Below the pieces are notes generated by a model that was not told where the DNA came from, made no database searches, and saw nothing but the letters and a program-made list of their open reading frames with translations. 27,961 bases of DNA. It comes from a bacterium. GTDB lineage: Bacteria > Sysuimicrobiota > Sysuimicrobiia > Sysuimicrobiales > Kaftiobacteriaceae. Position 1 is the first letter of the stretch. Each line of letters begins with the position of its first letter. Positions 1 to 10,113 of this stretch are shown one piece after another. The position numbers were made by a program, and so were the translations under genes. The stretch lies in assembly GCA_044868695.1 (NCBI GenBank), contig JBIOWP010000095.1, positions 1 through 27,961 on the forward strand, read 5' to 3'.

Positions 1-603
1 ATCCTCGCTCATTAACGCCACCTGTCGATGGCCGCGCCCCTGGTCCCGGGAGTCCAGATTGTACCGCTGGGCCAGAGCGATCGCCGCCGGACCCAGAAAT
101 CGCGGCTCCATCCCGTAGACAGGACAGGCCGCATAACAGAGCACGCAGTTGATGCACATGCTGAACTGTTTGTAGACGTCAAGCTGTGCCGGGGTCTGAC
201 GGTCCTCCCCCGCCGACAGCGGTCGCTCCTCCTCGCGGATGATCCAGGGTTTGACCCCTTCCAGCTTTTCCATGAAATCGTCGAGGACGATGACGAGATC
301 GCGCTCGACCGGAAAATGCGCCAGCGGCTCCACCCGCAGCCGACGCGGATAGTACTCCCTCAAGAAGACCGCGCAGCTGAGCCGGGGCACCCCGTTGACC
401 ATCATGCCACAGCTCCCGCACACGCCCATCCGGCACGACCACCGGTAGGCGAGGGTTCCATCGATGTGGTCTTTGATGTAGTTAATGGCGTCTAGGACCA
501 CCCAGTCCTCGTGGTAGGGAACCTCATAGGTCTGGAAGCGGGGGGTCGGGTCGTCATCCGGCCGGTAGCGAAAGATTTCGAGCGTGATTGTCGGCTCCGA
601 CAT
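1..603 (-). CDS. frdB: Fumarate reductase/succinate dehydrogenase iron-sulfur subunit (C-terminus runs off the left edge)
   Basis: Not in the ORF track; translated by hand from the ATG at 603: [15 protein letters not shown]...[23 protein letters not shown] ([2Fe-2S] motif)...[12 protein letters not shown] (ferredoxin-type Cys motif). The frame is open to position 1 and starts 2 nt after the frdA stop. Confidence 0.92.
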   Translation of the reverse strand, partial: MSEPTITLEIFRYRPDDDPTPRFQTYEVPYHEDWVVLDAINYIKDHIDGTLAYRWSCRMGVCGSCGMMVNGVPRLSCAVFLREYYPRRLRVEPLAHFPVERDLVIVLDDFMEKLEGVKPWIIREEERPLSAGEDRQTPAQLDVYKQFSMCINCVLCYAACPVYGMEPRFLGPAAIALAQRYNLDSRDQGRGHRQVALMSED

Positions 604-605
604 CC

Positions 606-2354
606 TTATCTCCCGTAGACGCGTTCGCCAGGCGGCCAACGCGTGATCACGACATCCAGGTACTCGATTCGCGGTGGGCTCGCGTCGGTGCGGTAGGCAA
701 GGGTGTGCTTCAGGAAACGCGAATCATCGCGGCGGGGATGATCGATGCGCTGGTGCGAGCCGCGCGACTCGGTCCGCCCCAGGGCCGAATGAGCGATGGC
801 CTCTGCCACATCCAGCATGAACTCCAGTTCCAGGGCGGCGGTGAGCTCAGTGTTGAAGCTGTGGGAGCGGTCGTCCAGGCCGATGCGAGCGAAGCGTTCG
901 CGCACCGCGACGAGGCGGTCGCAGGTCTGGCGTAGCGACGCCTCGTCGCGGAAGATGCCAGCACCGGCCTCCATCGCCTGCTGCATCTCAACCCGCAGCG
1001 CGGCCACACGTTCGTCGCCGCCATCCTTGCGGATGAAGCCGTCCACGATACGTCGCTCCTCGTCCCTGGCCTGGGCCGTCAGCGCCTGGCGGTCGATGTG
1101 GGGATAGTCCCGGGCAAATGCCGCCGCTTCCCTGCCGGCCCGAGCACCGAAGACCAGGCACTCGGTCAGAGAGTTCGACCCCAGCCGGTTCGCCCCATTT
1201 ATGCTGACGCAGGCCACCTCGCCCGCGGCGTACAGGCCGGGTACCGGCGTGGCGCCGTGAACATCAGTGTTCACGCCGCCCATCATGTAATGCACGACCG
1301 GTCTGACCGGGATCGGCTCGCGCACCGGGTCGATGCCCGCGTAGCGAAGAGCCAGTTCGCGCACGAACGGAATCTTCTTGTCGATCTTCTCCTCGCCCAG
1401 ATGTCGGACATCCAGGTACACGAAGTCCCCGTGGGGACTTTGTAGGGTGCGTCCCTTCTGCCGCTCCATCACAAACGCCTGAGAAAGCTTGTCCCTCGGT
1501 CCCAGTTCCATCGCCTTCAGGCGGGGCCACGGATCTGGCGGCCCGAGGCCGTAGTCCTGCAAGTAGCGATAGCCATCCCTGTTGACCAGGATGCCCCCCT
1601 CGCCCCGCGCCGCTTCGGTGATCAGGATCCCGGTGCCGGGCAGGCCCGTGGGGTGGTACTGCACGAACTCCATATCCTTGAGCGGGACGCCCGCCTGATA
1701 GGCCATGGCCATGCCGTCACCGGTCTTGATCGCGCCGTTGGTGGTGAAGGGAAAAACGCGGCCCGCTCCGCCCGTGCACAGAATCACCGCCCTGGCCGCC
1801 AGCAGCTGAATGCTTCCACTGCGTAGCTCAATTGCGGTCACGCCCTGGCATCGTCCGTCCAGCACAAGCAACTTTGTGGCAAACCATTCATCGTACCGTT
1901 TGATCGACGGATATTTCAGCGACGTCTGGAATAGAGTGTGGAGCATGTGGAAGCCCACCTTGTCGGCGGCAAACCATGTGCGCTCAATTTTCATGCCCCC
2001 AAAAGGCCGCACGGCCACGCTGCCGTCGGGCTCGCGACTCCAGGGGCATCCCCAATGCTCCATCTGGATCAGTTCGGCCGGGGCCTCGCTGACGAACTGC
2101 TCCACGGCATCCTGATCTGCCATCCAGTCAGAGCCGGTGATCGTGTCGACGATGTGGGCTTCGAAGCTGTCGTTAGGCTTGATGACGGCGGCGGCCCCGC
2201 CTTCGGCCGACACGGTATGGCTTCGCATCGGGTAGACCTTGGAGACCAGGGCGATGTTGAGCCTGGGATTCGCATCGGCCGCCGCGATGGCGGCGCGCAG
2301 GCCGGCTCCGCCCCCGCCAATGATGATGATGTCGTGTTCAATGGGTTCGATCAC
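606..2354 (-). CDS. frdA: Fumarate reductase/succinate dehydrogenase flavoprotein subunit, E. coli FrdA-like
   Basis: GGGGAG FAD-binding motif; [10 protein letters not shown] covalent-FAD His motif; [32 protein letters not shown] and [10 protein letters not shown] catalytic motifs; GGGGGAG SD-like sequence before the GTG start. Confidence 0.93.
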   Translation of the reverse strand: MIEPIEHDIIIIGGGGAGLRAAIAAADANPRLNIALVSKVYPMRSHTVSAEGGAAAVIKPNDSFEAHIVDTITGSDWMADQDAVEQFVSEAPAELIQMEHWGCPWSREPDGSVAVRPFGGMKIERTWFAADKVGFHMLHTLFQTSLKYPSIKRYDEWFATKLLVLDGRCQGVTAIELRSGSIQLLAARAVILCTGGAGRVFPFTTNGAIKTGDGMAMAYQAGVPLKDMEFVQYHPTGLPGTGILITEAARGEGGILVNRDGYRYLQDYGLGPPDPWPRLKAMELGPRDKLSQAFVMERQKGRTLQSPHGDFVYLDVRHLGEEKIDKKIPFVRELALRYAGIDPVREPIPVRPVVHYMMGGVNTDVHGATPVPGLYAAGEVACVSINGANRLGSNSLTECLVFGARAGREAAAFARDYPHIDRQALTAQARDEERRIVDGFIRKDGGDERVAALRVEMQQAMEAGAGIFRDEASLRQTCDRLVAVRERFARIGLDDRSHSFNTELTAALELEFMLDVAEAIAHSALGRTESRGSHQRIDHPRRDDSRFLKHTLAYRTDASPPRIEYLDVVITRWPPGERVYGR

Positions 2355-2393
2355 GTTCTCTCCCCCCGGCTGAGTTCCTGGGACGATGGTTCA

Positions 2394-3824
2394 CTATCCT
2401 CCCGCGCCTGCGCCTGTGAACCCCGGAGCGGTCATCGCCTTCGGGTTCAGGATTTCGTCAAGCTGGGCGTCACTCATGCCCAGACGCTCCCGGGCCACCT
2501 CGCGGATCGTGCGGCCGCTGGATGCAGCGATCTTCGCGATTTCCGCGGCCTTGTCGTACCCGACGACCGGCGCCAGTGCCGTGGCCAGCATGAGTCCCCG
2601 TTCGACGGCGTCGGGGCCCGCGCGCGTGGCCTGCAGGCCCGAGATGCACTGCTCGGCAAAGTTCTTGGATGCCGTCGCCAGGATGGAAATAGCCTGCAGC
2701 AGGTTGTGGGCGATGACCGGCATCATCGTGTTCAGTTCAAAGTTGCCCCACTGGTTGCCCAACGCCACGACCAGGTCGTTGCCCTGGACCTGTGCGCAGA
2801 CCTGGATGACCGACTCGGCGATCACGGGGTTGATCTTGCCCGGCATGATCGACGATCCGGGCTGGACGGCGGGCAGCTGGAGTTCGCCGAGGCCCGCCCG
2901 CGGTCCCGATCCCATCCACCGGATGTCGTTGGCGATCTTCATGAGCGCCGTCGCGTACGTGCGGAGGGCGCCGGACGCAAAGACGACGGCATCCAGAGAG
3001 GCCTGCGCCTGGAAGTGGTTGTCCGTTTCGCGCAGCACCAAGCCGGTCAGTTCGGCGATCCGCGCGCAGGCGCGCGCCGCGAACTCCGGGTGCGCGTTGA
3101 TGCCGGTGCCGACCGCGGTGCCCCCCAGCGGGAGTTCGCCGAGTTCCTGCTGCGCGTAGCGCTGCCGCCGGATGGCGCGCTCCACCTGTCCGGCGTACCC
3201 GGTAAACTCCTGGCCGAGATGGATGGGCGTTGCGTCCATCAGGTGCGTGCGCCCGGTTTTGATGACGCCGGCAAACGCCGTCGCCTTTTTGTGCAGGGCA
3301 TCCCCCAGGATCTCCAGCGCCGGCACGAGCGTCTGGGTGATCTCCATGAGCGCGGAGAGGTGGATCGCGGTCGGGATGACGTCGTTGCTGGACTGGCAGA
3401 GGTTGACGTGGTCGTTGGGGTGGACGAGCTTGCTGCCGCGGGCGCCGCCCAGCACCTCCGTCGCCCGGTTCGCGATGACCTCGTTCGCGTTCATGTTCGT
3501 GGACGTGCCGGAGCCGGTCTGGTAGATGTCGAGTACGAACTGGTCGTCCAGCCGGCCGTCCATCACCTCGACCGCTGCCTTGACGATGGCGTCGCCGCTC
3601 CGGCGGTCCAGCAGGCCGAGCGCCATGTTGACCTCGGCGGCGGCCCGCTTGATCAGGCCCAGCGCACGGATAAACGGCCGCGGGAAACGCAGCCCGCTGA
3701 TCGGGAAGTTCTGGACCGCGCGGGCGGTGGAGGCCCCGTAGTACGCGTCCGCGCTCACCGGCATCTCACCCAGTGAGTCGCGTTCGATGCGGGCGGGCGC
3801 CTTGCCCTGGTCTGGCCGCGCCAT
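2394..3824 (-). CDS. fumC: Class II fumarate hydratase
   Basis: YQTGSGTSTNMNANEV, QSSND, KTGRTHLMDATP and GSSIMPGKINP signatures. ATG at 3824 is preferred over GTG at 3833 because a GGGGGTG SD-like sequence lies 6 nt upstream. Confidence 0.93.
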   Translation of the reverse strand: MARPDQGKAPARIERDSLGEMPVSADAYYGASTARAVQNFPISGLRFPRPFIRALGLIKRAAAEVNMALGLLDRRSGDAIVKAAVEVMDGRLDDQFVLDIYQTGSGTSTNMNANEVIANRATEVLGGARGSKLVHPNDHVNLCQSSNDVIPTAIHLSALMEITQTLVPALEILGDALHKKATAFAGVIKTGRTHLMDATPIHLGQEFTGYAGQVERAIRRQRYAQQELGELPLGGTAVGTGINAHPEFAARACARIAELTGLVLRETDNHFQAQASLDAVVFASGALRTYATALMKIANDIRWMGSGPRAGLGELQLPAVQPGSSIMPGKINPVIAESVIQVCAQVQGNDLVVALGNQWGNFELNTMMPVIAHNLLQAISILATASKNFAEQCISGLQATRAGPDAVERGLMLATALAPVVGYDKAAEIAKIAASSGRTIREVARERLGMSDAQLDEILNPKAMTAPGFTGAGAGG

Positions 3825-3845
3825 CCTGTCCACCCCCCGTCATAG

Positions 3846-4583
3846 TCAGGCCTTCGCCGGCCGTTTGGTCGTCCGCGGCGTCGCGCGTTCCTCGATCTCG
3901 GCCCGCATGTCGTCCAGGTGCCGCCGAAGGGCGCGCCGCGCCGCCGCGGGCTGCCGGCGCCGTACCGCCTGCAGGATCTCTTGGTGGAAGGTGAGCGCTT
4001 TGCGGGGGCTGGTGGGGCGGCGGCCGGTCTTCTCGCGCGAGCGTTCCCACATCTCGCCCAGGTGGCGGAGCGCGCTGACCAGCACGGGATTGCCGGTCGC
4101 CTCGGCCAGCTGCGTGTGAAACGCCAGGTCGGCGGCCACGTCATGCCGCCCGGCGGCCAGCTCGGCGTCACGGGCGGCGAGGAACTCTCCCAGCGCCTCG
4201 AGATCGTCCCGTGTCGCGCGCCGGGCCGCCAGATGCACGATGCCTTCTTCAAGGATGCGCCGGGCCTCGAGCAGATCCAGCAGGAACGTCCGTTCCGACA
4301 GCAGGCTGTACAGCGACGGGTCGATCGGGGTGGGGGGAGTGGTGGCGACGAAGGTGCCCTCGCCCGGCCGCACCTCGACCACGCCGAGGTAGTCGAGGAC
4401 CCGCAGCGCCTCGCGCACCGACTGCCGGCTGACCGACAGCGTGCCGGCCAGCGCGCGCTCGCCGGGCAGGCGTTCGCCGGGCTGCAGGTGCTCGTCGGCC
4501 AGACGATCTTGAATCTGCCGGACGATGTCTTCGTACACCCGGCTGCGGCGGACGGGTTGGAAGAGAGGCTCGGGCGTCGCCAT
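3846..4583 (-). CDS. GntR-family transcriptional regulator, FadR subfamily (wHTH + FCD domain; PdhR/LldR/GlcC-like)
   Basis: N-terminal [28 protein letters not shown]...[10 protein letters not shown]-terminal [26 protein letters not shown] and HQEILQAV...HL (FCD domain with conserved D/H/H). Confidence 0.92.
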   Translation of the reverse strand: MATPEPLFQPVRRSRVYEDIVRQIQDRLADEHLQPGERLPGERALAGTLSVSRQSVREALRVLDYLGVVEVRPGEGTFVATTPPTPIDPSLYSLLSERTFLLDLLEARRILEEGIVHLAARRATRDDLEALGEFLAARDAELAAGRHDVAADLAFHTQLAEATGNPVLVSALRHLGEMWERSREKTGRRPTSPRKALTFHQEILQAVRRRQPAAARRALRRHLDDMRAEIEERATPRTTKRPAKA

Positions 4584-4594
4584 GGGGCGTCATC

Positions 4595-4619
4595 GGACTG
4601 GTGGTCAGACCAGCAGTCC
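4595..4619. promoter_or_regulatory. Palindromic operator, probable binding site of the adjacent FadR-type regulator
   Basis: GGACTGgTGGTCaGACCAgCAGTCC: 11 of 12 pairs are complementary around the central A4607. The core TGGT-N3-ACCA is the FadR-subfamily consensus. It lies 11 nt upstream of the regulator ATG. Confidence 0.8.
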
Positions 4620-4626
4620 ATCTTGA

Positions 4627-4656
4627 AGCTTACCCCACCCGGGCGGGTCCCGTCAA
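4627..4656 (-). promoter_or_regulatory. Putative sigma70-type promoter for gntR-fumC-frdAB
   Basis: Minus strand TTGACG (4656-4651), 18-bp spacer, TAAGCT (4632-4627). The predicted start site (~4620) abuts the operator. Confidence 0.6.
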
Positions 4657-4661
4657 GCGCG

Positions 4662-4691
4662 TTGCGGGGATGGCGTCGTTTGCGCTACACT
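4662..4691 (+). promoter_or_regulatory. Putative sigma70-type promoter for icd-mdh-GNAT-sucCD
   Basis: TTGCGG (4662-4667), 18-bp spacer, TACACT (4686-4691), followed by AAGGAGG SD and the icd ATG at 4719. Confidence 0.5.
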
Positions 4692-4718
4692 GTGCCCGCG
4701 AAACGAAGGAGGCCCTCC

Positions 4719-5966
4719 ATGTCGGTTCTGGAGCAGTTGACCCCACCCAAAGAAGGCCAGCGGATCGAAATCAAGGACGGCCACCTCGCGGTGCCCAGCC
4801 TGCCGATCATCCCGTTCATCGAAGGCGACGGGACGGGCCCGGACATCTGGCGGGCGAGCCGGCGCATCTTCGACGCGGCCGTGCAGGCCGCCTACGGCAG
4901 GCAGCGCCGGATCGTCTGGTTCGAAGTCTACGCGGGTGAGAAGGCGAACCAGACCTTCGGCTCGTGGCTGCCCGAAGACACCCTGCGGGCGTTCCAGCAC
5001 TACGTGGTCGGGATCAAAGGGCCCCTGACGACGCCTGTGGGCGGGGGATTCCGCAGCCTCAACGTGGCGCTGCGGCAGATGCTGGATCTCTATGCCTGCG
5101 TCCGGCCGGTGCGCTGGTTCGAAGGCGTCCCCAGCCCCGTCAAGCACCCCGAGTGGGTGGACGTCATGATCTATCGCGAGAACTCGGAAGATATTTACGT
5201 GGGGCTCGAACACCCCAGCAACTCGCCCGAGGCGAAGAAGCTCATCGAGTTTGTCCGCAAGGAGTTTGGGTGGAAGGTGCGCGAGGACGCCGGCGTCGGA
5301 CTCAAACCCATGAGTCCGTTCGGCACGAAGCGGCTCGTGCGCAAGGCGATCCGCTACGCGCTGGACCGGGGCCGCCGCAGCGTGACCCTGGTGCACAAGG
5401 GGAACATCATGAAGTACACTGAGGGCGCTTTCCGGGAGTGGGGCTACGAAGTGGCCAGGGAAGAGTTCGGCGGCGCCACGATCACCTGGGACGACGTCAG
5501 CGCCCACCACGCCGGAAAGGTGCCGCCCGGCAAACTGCTGATCCAGGATTACATCGCCGACGTCACCTTCCAGCACCTGCTCACCCGGCCGCGCGACTTC
5601 GACGTCATCGCGACCGGCAATCTCAACGGCGACTATCTCTCGGACGCGGTCGCCGCGCAGGTCGGCGGACTGGGCATGGCGCCTGGCGGCAATATCAGCG
5701 ACTTCCATGCCGTCTTCGAAGCCACCCACGGCACCGCGCCCAAGTACGCGGGACAGGATAAAGTGAACCCCGGCTCGGTGACGCTGTCGGGCGTGATGAT
5801 GCTGGAATACCTGGGCTGGCACGAGGCGGCTGAACGCATCACGAAGGCGCTGGAGAAGACGTTCAAGCAGAAGATCGTCACCTACGACCTGGCGCGGTTG
5901 ATGGATGGGGCGAAGGAAGTCAAGACCAGCGAGTTCGCGACGGCCGTCATCGACAACCTCGCATGA
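4719..5966 (+). CDS. icd: NADP-dependent isocitrate dehydrogenase (homodimeric, E. coli type)
   Basis: [64 protein letters not shown] (KY NADP determinants), VTYDLAR. True start is the ATG at 4719 after AAGGAGG; the 3918 start in the ORF track is an upstream extension. Confidence 0.96.
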   Translation: MSVLEQLTPPKEGQRIEIKDGHLAVPSLPIIPFIEGDGTGPDIWRASRRIFDAAVQAAYGRQRRIVWFEVYAGEKANQTFGSWLPEDTLRAFQHYVVGIKGPLTTPVGGGFRSLNVALRQMLDLYACVRPVRWFEGVPSPVKHPEWVDVMIYRENSEDIYVGLEHPSNSPEAKKLIEFVRKEFGWKVREDAGVGLKPMSPFGTKRLVRKAIRYALDRGRRSVTLVHKGNIMKYTEGAFREWGYEVAREEFGGATITWDDVSAHHAGKVPPGKLLIQDYIADVTFQHLLTRPRDFDVIATGNLNGDYLSDAVAAQVGGLGMAPGGNISDFHAVFEATHGTAPKYAGQDKVNPGSVTLSGVMMLEYLGWHEAAERITKALEKTFKQKIVTYDLARLMDGAKEVKTSEFATAVIDNLA

Positions 5967-6898
5967 CGGCACCCCGCCCGAAGGTCAGCATCATCGGCGC
6001 GGGCATGGTCGGCCACACGACGGCGCACTGGCTGGCGGCCGGCGAAGTGGCCGATCTCGTGCTGGTCGACATCGTCGAGAAGATGCCTATGGGCAAGGCC
6101 CTCGATCTCACCCAGGCCGCGCCGATCCACGGCGTGGACGTCCGCATCACCGGCAGCAACGGCTACGAGGAAACGGCGGGCTCGGACGTCGTGGTCATCA
6201 TCGCCGGTGTGGCGCGCAAGCCGGGGATGACGCGGGAGCAGCTGCTGGACACCAACACGGGCATCGTCCGCGGGGTGGTCGAGCAGGTGACCCGCCGGTC
6301 GCCCGAGGCGTGTCTGGTGGTGGTGACCAACCCGCTGGACGCGATGACCTACCTGACCTACAAGGTCTCGGGGTTTCCGCGCCACCGCGTGATCGGCGAA
6401 TCCGGCGCGCTGGACTCCACCCGCTTTCGCGCCTTCATCGCCATGGAAACCGGCGTGTCGGTGGAAGACGTCCACGGGATGGTGATCGGCGCCCATACCG
6501 ACAAGGACATGGTGCCCCTGCCGCGCTTCGCCCACGTGGGAGGCGTGCCTCTCGCGACCCTGCTGCCGCCCGACCGCGTCGAGGCGATCGTGGCGCGCAC
6601 GCGGCGCGGAGGAGCAGAAATCACGGAGCTGATGGGGGCGAGCGCCTTCTTCGCGCCTGGAGCGGCGATCGCGCAGATGGTCGAAGCGATCGTGCGCGAC
6701 AAGAAACGCCTCATCCCCGCCAGTGTCTACCTGGACGGGGAGTATGGAGAACGCGGCGTTTGCATCGGCGTCCCGGTCCTCCTGGGCCGGGGTGGAGTGG
6801 AGCGGATCATCGAGGTGCCGCTGAACGACCCGGAGCGCGCGGCGTTTAGGGCGTCCGTTGCCGCGGTGCGCGAGCAGCTGGGCGCCTTGAAGCTGTGA
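5963..6898 (+). CDS. mdh: Malate dehydrogenase (LDH-like, NAD-dependent)
   Basis: IIGAGMVG Rossmann motif; [17 protein letters not shown] with the malate-specific Arg; VTNPLD; LDSTRF. ATGA overlap with icd. Confidence 0.94.
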   Translation: MTAPRPKVSIIGAGMVGHTTAHWLAAGEVADLVLVDIVEKMPMGKALDLTQAAPIHGVDVRITGSNGYEETAGSDVVVIIAGVARKPGMTREQLLDTNTGIVRGVVEQVTRRSPEACLVVVTNPLDAMTYLTYKVSGFPRHRVIGESGALDSTRFRAFIAMETGVSVEDVHGMVIGAHTDKDMVPLPRFAHVGGVPLATLLPPDRVEAIVARTRRGGAEITELMGASAFFAPGAAIAQMVEAIVRDKKRLIPASVYLDGEYGERGVCIGVPVLLGRGGVERIIEVPLNDPERAAFRASVAAVREQLGALKL

Positions 6899-7539
6899 CC
6901 GCCGTCTCCGGGACCCAGGGGATGGACATCCGGCCGGTCGTGCTGGAGGGCCGCTTCGTCCGACTGGAGCCGCTGTCGCTCGAGCACCACCCCGCGCTGT
7001 GCGAGGTCGGGCTGGATCCCGAGCTGTGGCGGTGGACGCTCAGTCTTGTCCGGACGCCCGCAGAGATGCGGGCATACATTGAAGCCGCGCTGGAGGCCCA
7101 GGCACAGGGGACCGCCCTGCCGCTCGCGACCCGCGACCTGACCTCCGGCCGCATCGTCGGCAGCACGCGGTTCGGCAACATCAGCCGCGCCGACCGCCGT
7201 GTCGAGATCGGCTGGACCTGGGTGGCCGGGCCCTGGCAGCGCACCGCCGTCAACACCGAAGCCAAATACCTCATGCTGGCGCACGCGTTCGAGCAGTGGG
7301 GCTGCGTCCGAGTTGAGTTCAAGACCGATGTGTTGAATGAAACGTCCCGCCGCGCCCTGCTGCGTCTCGGCGCAACCGAAGAAGGCGTGCTGCGGCGGCA
7401 CATGGCCGCCGCTGCCGGCCGCATGCGAGACACGGTCTACTACAGCATCCTCGATGCAGAGTGGCCCCGAGTGAAAACCGCGCTGGACGCGAAACTCCGA
7501 GGCCCGGGGCCCCGGGCCCGGAGCGCGAAGGCGCCGTGA
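6895..7539 (+). CDS. GNAT family N-acetyltransferase (RimJ/RimL-like)
   Basis: LEGRFVRLEPL, IVGSTRF, VEIGWTW, QRTAVNTEAKYLML, RVEFKTDVLNETSRRALLRLGATEEGVLR, RDTVYYSIL. GTGA overlaps with both mdh and sucC. Alternative start at an ATG a few codons downstream (MDIRP). Confidence 0.88.
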   Translation: MTAVSGTQGMDIRPVVLEGRFVRLEPLSLEHHPALCEVGLDPELWRWTLSLVRTPAEMRAYIEAALEAQAQGTALPLATRDLTSGRIVGSTRFGNISRADRRVEIGWTWVAGPWQRTAVNTEAKYLMLAHAFEQWGCVRVEFKTDVLNETSRRALLRLGATEEGVLRRHMAAAAGRMRDTVYYSILDAEWPRVKTALDAKLRGPGPRARSAKAP

Positions 7540-8642
7540 AGCTGCACGAGTTCCAGGCGAAGGAGCTGTTCAGCCGGTATGGCCTCCCCATCCAAAAAGG
7601 GATCGTCGTCGAGCGGGCCGAGCAGATCGACGGGGCGGATCTCACCTACCCGCTGGTCCTGAAGGCACAGGTCCTCGTGGGCGGCCGGGGCAAGGCCGGC
7701 GGCATCAAACTGGCGCGCACGCCGGCGGAGGCGCGTTCGCATGCCGCGGCCATCCTGGGGATGGACATTACAGGAGAGAAGGTGCGCCGGCTCCTGGTGG
7801 CTGAAGCCGCCGAGATCGGGACCGAGTACTACCTGGCGTTCATCGTGGACAGGAGAGCCAGGCGCCTGGCGGCCATCGCCTCGGCGGCCGGCGGGATCGA
7901 TATCGAGGACGTCGCCCGCAAGACCCCCGAGAAGATCGCCCGCCTCGCGGTCGACCCGTTCCTGGGATTCCAGGCCTATCATGCCCGCCAGCTCGGCCGG
8001 ACCATTGGACTGCGCGGGGGCCTGCTGGCCGCCTTTGTCACCGTCGCCGCCGCGCTGTGCCGCCTGTGCACCGCCGAGGATGCCGAACTGGCCGAAATCA
8101 ACCCCCTGGCCGTCGTGGGGGGCGCCCTGCTGGCCGTGGACGCGAAGGTGATCATCGACGACAACGCGGCGTACCGCCATCCCGGTCTGCCCGCCAACGA
8201 GGAACTGACCGAGCTGGAGCGCGCGGCCCGGGCGGCGGGACTGTCGTACGTGGAACTGGACGGCAATATTGCGGTCATCGGCAACGGCGCCGGGTTGGTG
8301 ATGTCCACCCTGGACGTCGTGGCGCACTTCGGGGGCGCGCCGGCGAACTTCCTCGATGTCGGCGGGGGCGCCACCACGGAGAACATGACGCAGGCCGTCG
8401 GCATCGTGTCCCGCAAGCCGGGGGTGCGCGCCCTGTTCGTGAACATCTTCGGCGGCATTACCCGCTGCGACGACATTGCGCGGGGCATCGTCGCGTCACT
8501 GCCGCCGGTGGCCATGGTCGTGCGCTTGACCGGGACGAATGAGGACGAGGGACGCCGCATCCTGCAGGCCGCGGGCATCCACGCCTACCAGGATCCCGAA
8601 GAGGCCGCCCAGCGCGCCGTCGCCCTGGCGGCGCAGCGGTGA
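7536..8642 (+). CDS. sucC: Succinyl-CoA synthetase beta subunit
   Basis: Starts (M)[11 protein letters not shown] at GTG 7536; [17 protein letters not shown]-grasp; [43 protein letters not shown]. Confidence 0.95.
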   Translation: MKLHEFQAKELFSRYGLPIQKGIVVERAEQIDGADLTYPLVLKAQVLVGGRGKAGGIKLARTPAEARSHAAAILGMDITGEKVRRLLVAEAAEIGTEYYLAFIVDRRARRLAAIASAAGGIDIEDVARKTPEKIARLAVDPFLGFQAYHARQLGRTIGLRGGLLAAFVTVAAALCRLCTAEDAELAEINPLAVVGGALLAVDAKVIIDDNAAYRHPGLPANEELTELERAARAAGLSYVELDGNIAVIGNGAGLVMSTLDVVAHFGGAPANFLDVGGGATTENMTQAVGIVSRKPGVRALFVNIFGGITRCDDIARGIVASLPPVAMVVRLTGTNEDEGRRILQAAGIHAYQDPEEAAQRAVALAAQR

Positions 8643-8646
8643 CCGC

Positions 8647-9513
8647 ATGAGCATTCTCATTAACAAGGAGACGCGCGTCCTGGTCCAGGGGATCACCGGT
8701 TACCAGGGCGAGTTTCATACCGCCCGCATGCTGGAGTTCGGGACCCGGGTGGTGGCGGGGGTGACGCCCGGCAAGGGCGGGATACAGGTGCACGACGTTC
8801 CCGTGTTTGAGACCGTTGCGGAAGGGGTCGCCGCGACCGGCGCGAACGCAGCGTGCATCTTTGTCCCGGCGCGGTTTGCCAGGGATGCGGCGCTGGAGGC
8901 GATCGAGGCGCGGCTGGATCCGGTGGCCGTCATCACGGAGGGGATTCCGGTGCACGATGCGCTCCCGGTCGTGGAGTTCGCGCGGCAGCGCGGCGTGCGG
9001 CTCATCGGACCCAACTGCCCCGGGGTGACCTCGCCCGGACAGTCCAAGATCGGCATCATGCCGAATCACCTGTTCCGGCCCGGTCCGGCCGGCGTCATCT
9101 CGCGCAGCGGCACGCTGACCTACGAGATCGTCGCCGCGCTGACCCAGGAAGGAATCGGGCAGAGCACGGCCGTGGGCCTGGGCGGCGATCCGGTCGTGGG
9201 GATGAGCTTCACCGAAGCGCTGGGAGCGCTGCAGGAGGACCCGCAGACGGAGGTGGTCGTGCTCATCGGGGAGATCGGCGGCAGCGCGGAGGAGGAGGCC
9301 GCGCGGTTCATCTCCGCCCACGTGACCAAGCCGGTCGTCGGGTACATCGCCGGGCGCACCGCGCCGCCCGGCAAACGGATGGGCCACGCCGGGGCGGTCA
9401 TTTCCGGCAGCGAGGGAACCGCCGCCACAAAAATCGAAGCCTTGCAGTCCGCGGGCGTCAGGGTCGCGACGCTGCCCAGCGAGGTGGCGGATCTGGTGCG
9501 GGAGGCGGTCTAA
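8647..9513 (+). CDS. sucD: Succinyl-CoA synthetase alpha subunit
   Basis: [47 protein letters not shown], and RMGHAGA with the phospho-His. Start is the ATG at 8647. Confidence 0.96.
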   Translation: MSILINKETRVLVQGITGYQGEFHTARMLEFGTRVVAGVTPGKGGIQVHDVPVFETVAEGVAATGANAACIFVPARFARDAALEAIEARLDPVAVITEGIPVHDALPVVEFARQRGVRLIGPNCPGVTSPGQSKIGIMPNHLFRPGPAGVISRSGTLTYEIVAALTQEGIGQSTAVGLGGDPVVGMSFTEALGALQEDPQTEVVVLIGEIGGSAEEEAARFISAHVTKPVVGYIAGRTAPPGKRMGHAGAVISGSEGTAATKIEALQSAGVRVATLPSEVADLVREAV

Positions 9514-9711
9514 TTGGAACGCGCGCTGGTGCGCTCAAAGCGGAACCGGAAGATCGCCGGGGTCTGCGGCGGCATCGCCGAGTACCTGAACGTCGATCCG
9601 ACCGTCGTGCGGCTGCTGTGGGTGCTAATCACCATCTTTCCTGGCACGCTGCCGGTGGGTCTGATCGGATATTTCGTCGCCTGGCTGATCATGCCGGAAG
9701 GAGGGGAGTAG
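9514..9711 (+). CDS. pspC: PspC domain-containing small membrane protein (YvlC-like)
   Basis: LVRSKRNRKIAGVCGGIAEYLNVDPTVVRLLWV...YFVAWLIMPE is the canonical PspC domain. The TTG start immediately follows the sucD stop. Confidence 0.85.
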   Translation: MERALVRSKRNRKIAGVCGGIAEYLNVDPTVVRLLWVLITIFPGTLPVGLIGYFVAWLIMPEGGE

Positions 9712-10101
9712 GTGCAAAGTTTCTTACTGCGCTGGCTGTTCAACTCGGTCGCCATTTACCTGACGACGCGCCTGATCGAAGGCGTGCGTATTCCGGATTT
9801 TGGAGCCGCCATCCTGGCGGCGCTCGTCCTGGGGATCGTCAACGCCTTTATCCGGCCGCTGGTGCTGATCATGACGCTGCCCGTGAACATCCTCAGCCTC
9901 GGGCTGTTCACCCTGGTGGTGAACGCCCTAATGCTGTATATCGTGGCGGCCGTGACCGCGCTGGAGATCAGCACCTTCTGGTCCGCGCTGGTCGGCGCGC
10001 TGCTGATCGCACTGCTCAGCACGCTGCTCAGCACGCTGCTCCGTGACAGAAGTGCGAGAGGCGCGAGAGGTGCTACACTGAGACCAAGACGGGGCTCGTA
10101 A
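9712..10101 (+). CDS. YvlD-like 4-TM membrane protein ('phage holin family' superfamily IV)
   Basis: FLLRWLFNSVAI...AALVLGIVNAFIRPLVLIMTLPVNILSLGLFTLVVNALML...FWSALVGALLI; follows a PspC-domain gene as in yvlCD; GGAGGGG SD upstream. Confidence 0.85.
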   Translation: MQSFLLRWLFNSVAIYLTTRLIEGVRIPDFGAAILAALVLGIVNAFIRPLVLIMTLPVNILSLGLFTLVVNALMLYIVAAVTALEISTFWSALVGALLIALLSTLLSTLLRDRSARGARGATLRPRRGS

Positions 10102-10113
10102 AGGGGGAGTCGC

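Noticed and set aside
1938..3776. 612-aa + strand ORF opposite frdA/fumC
   Set aside because: Antisense shadow of well-supported genes in high-GC DNA; no recognisable domain.
3755..4621. 288-aa - strand ORF starting near the predicted gntR transcription start (possible leaderless gene)
   Set aside because: Out of frame with the GntR ORF; Arg/Pro/Ser-rich off-frame composition with no domain.
3918..4718. Apparent 267-aa N-terminal extension of Icd in the ORF track
   Set aside because: Overlaps the gntR gene on the opposite strand; the SD and Icd homology begin at ATG 4719.
7536..9513. SucCD as citryl-CoA synthetase or ATP-citrate lyase (rTCA marker)
   Set aside because: Motifs ([22 protein letters not shown]) and lengths are those of ordinary succinyl-CoA synthetase; no citrate-synthase-like domain.
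9712..10101. 'Phage holin' taken as evidence of a prophage
   Set aside because: The YvlD-like family is a common chromosomal membrane protein beside pspC; no phage genes are present.
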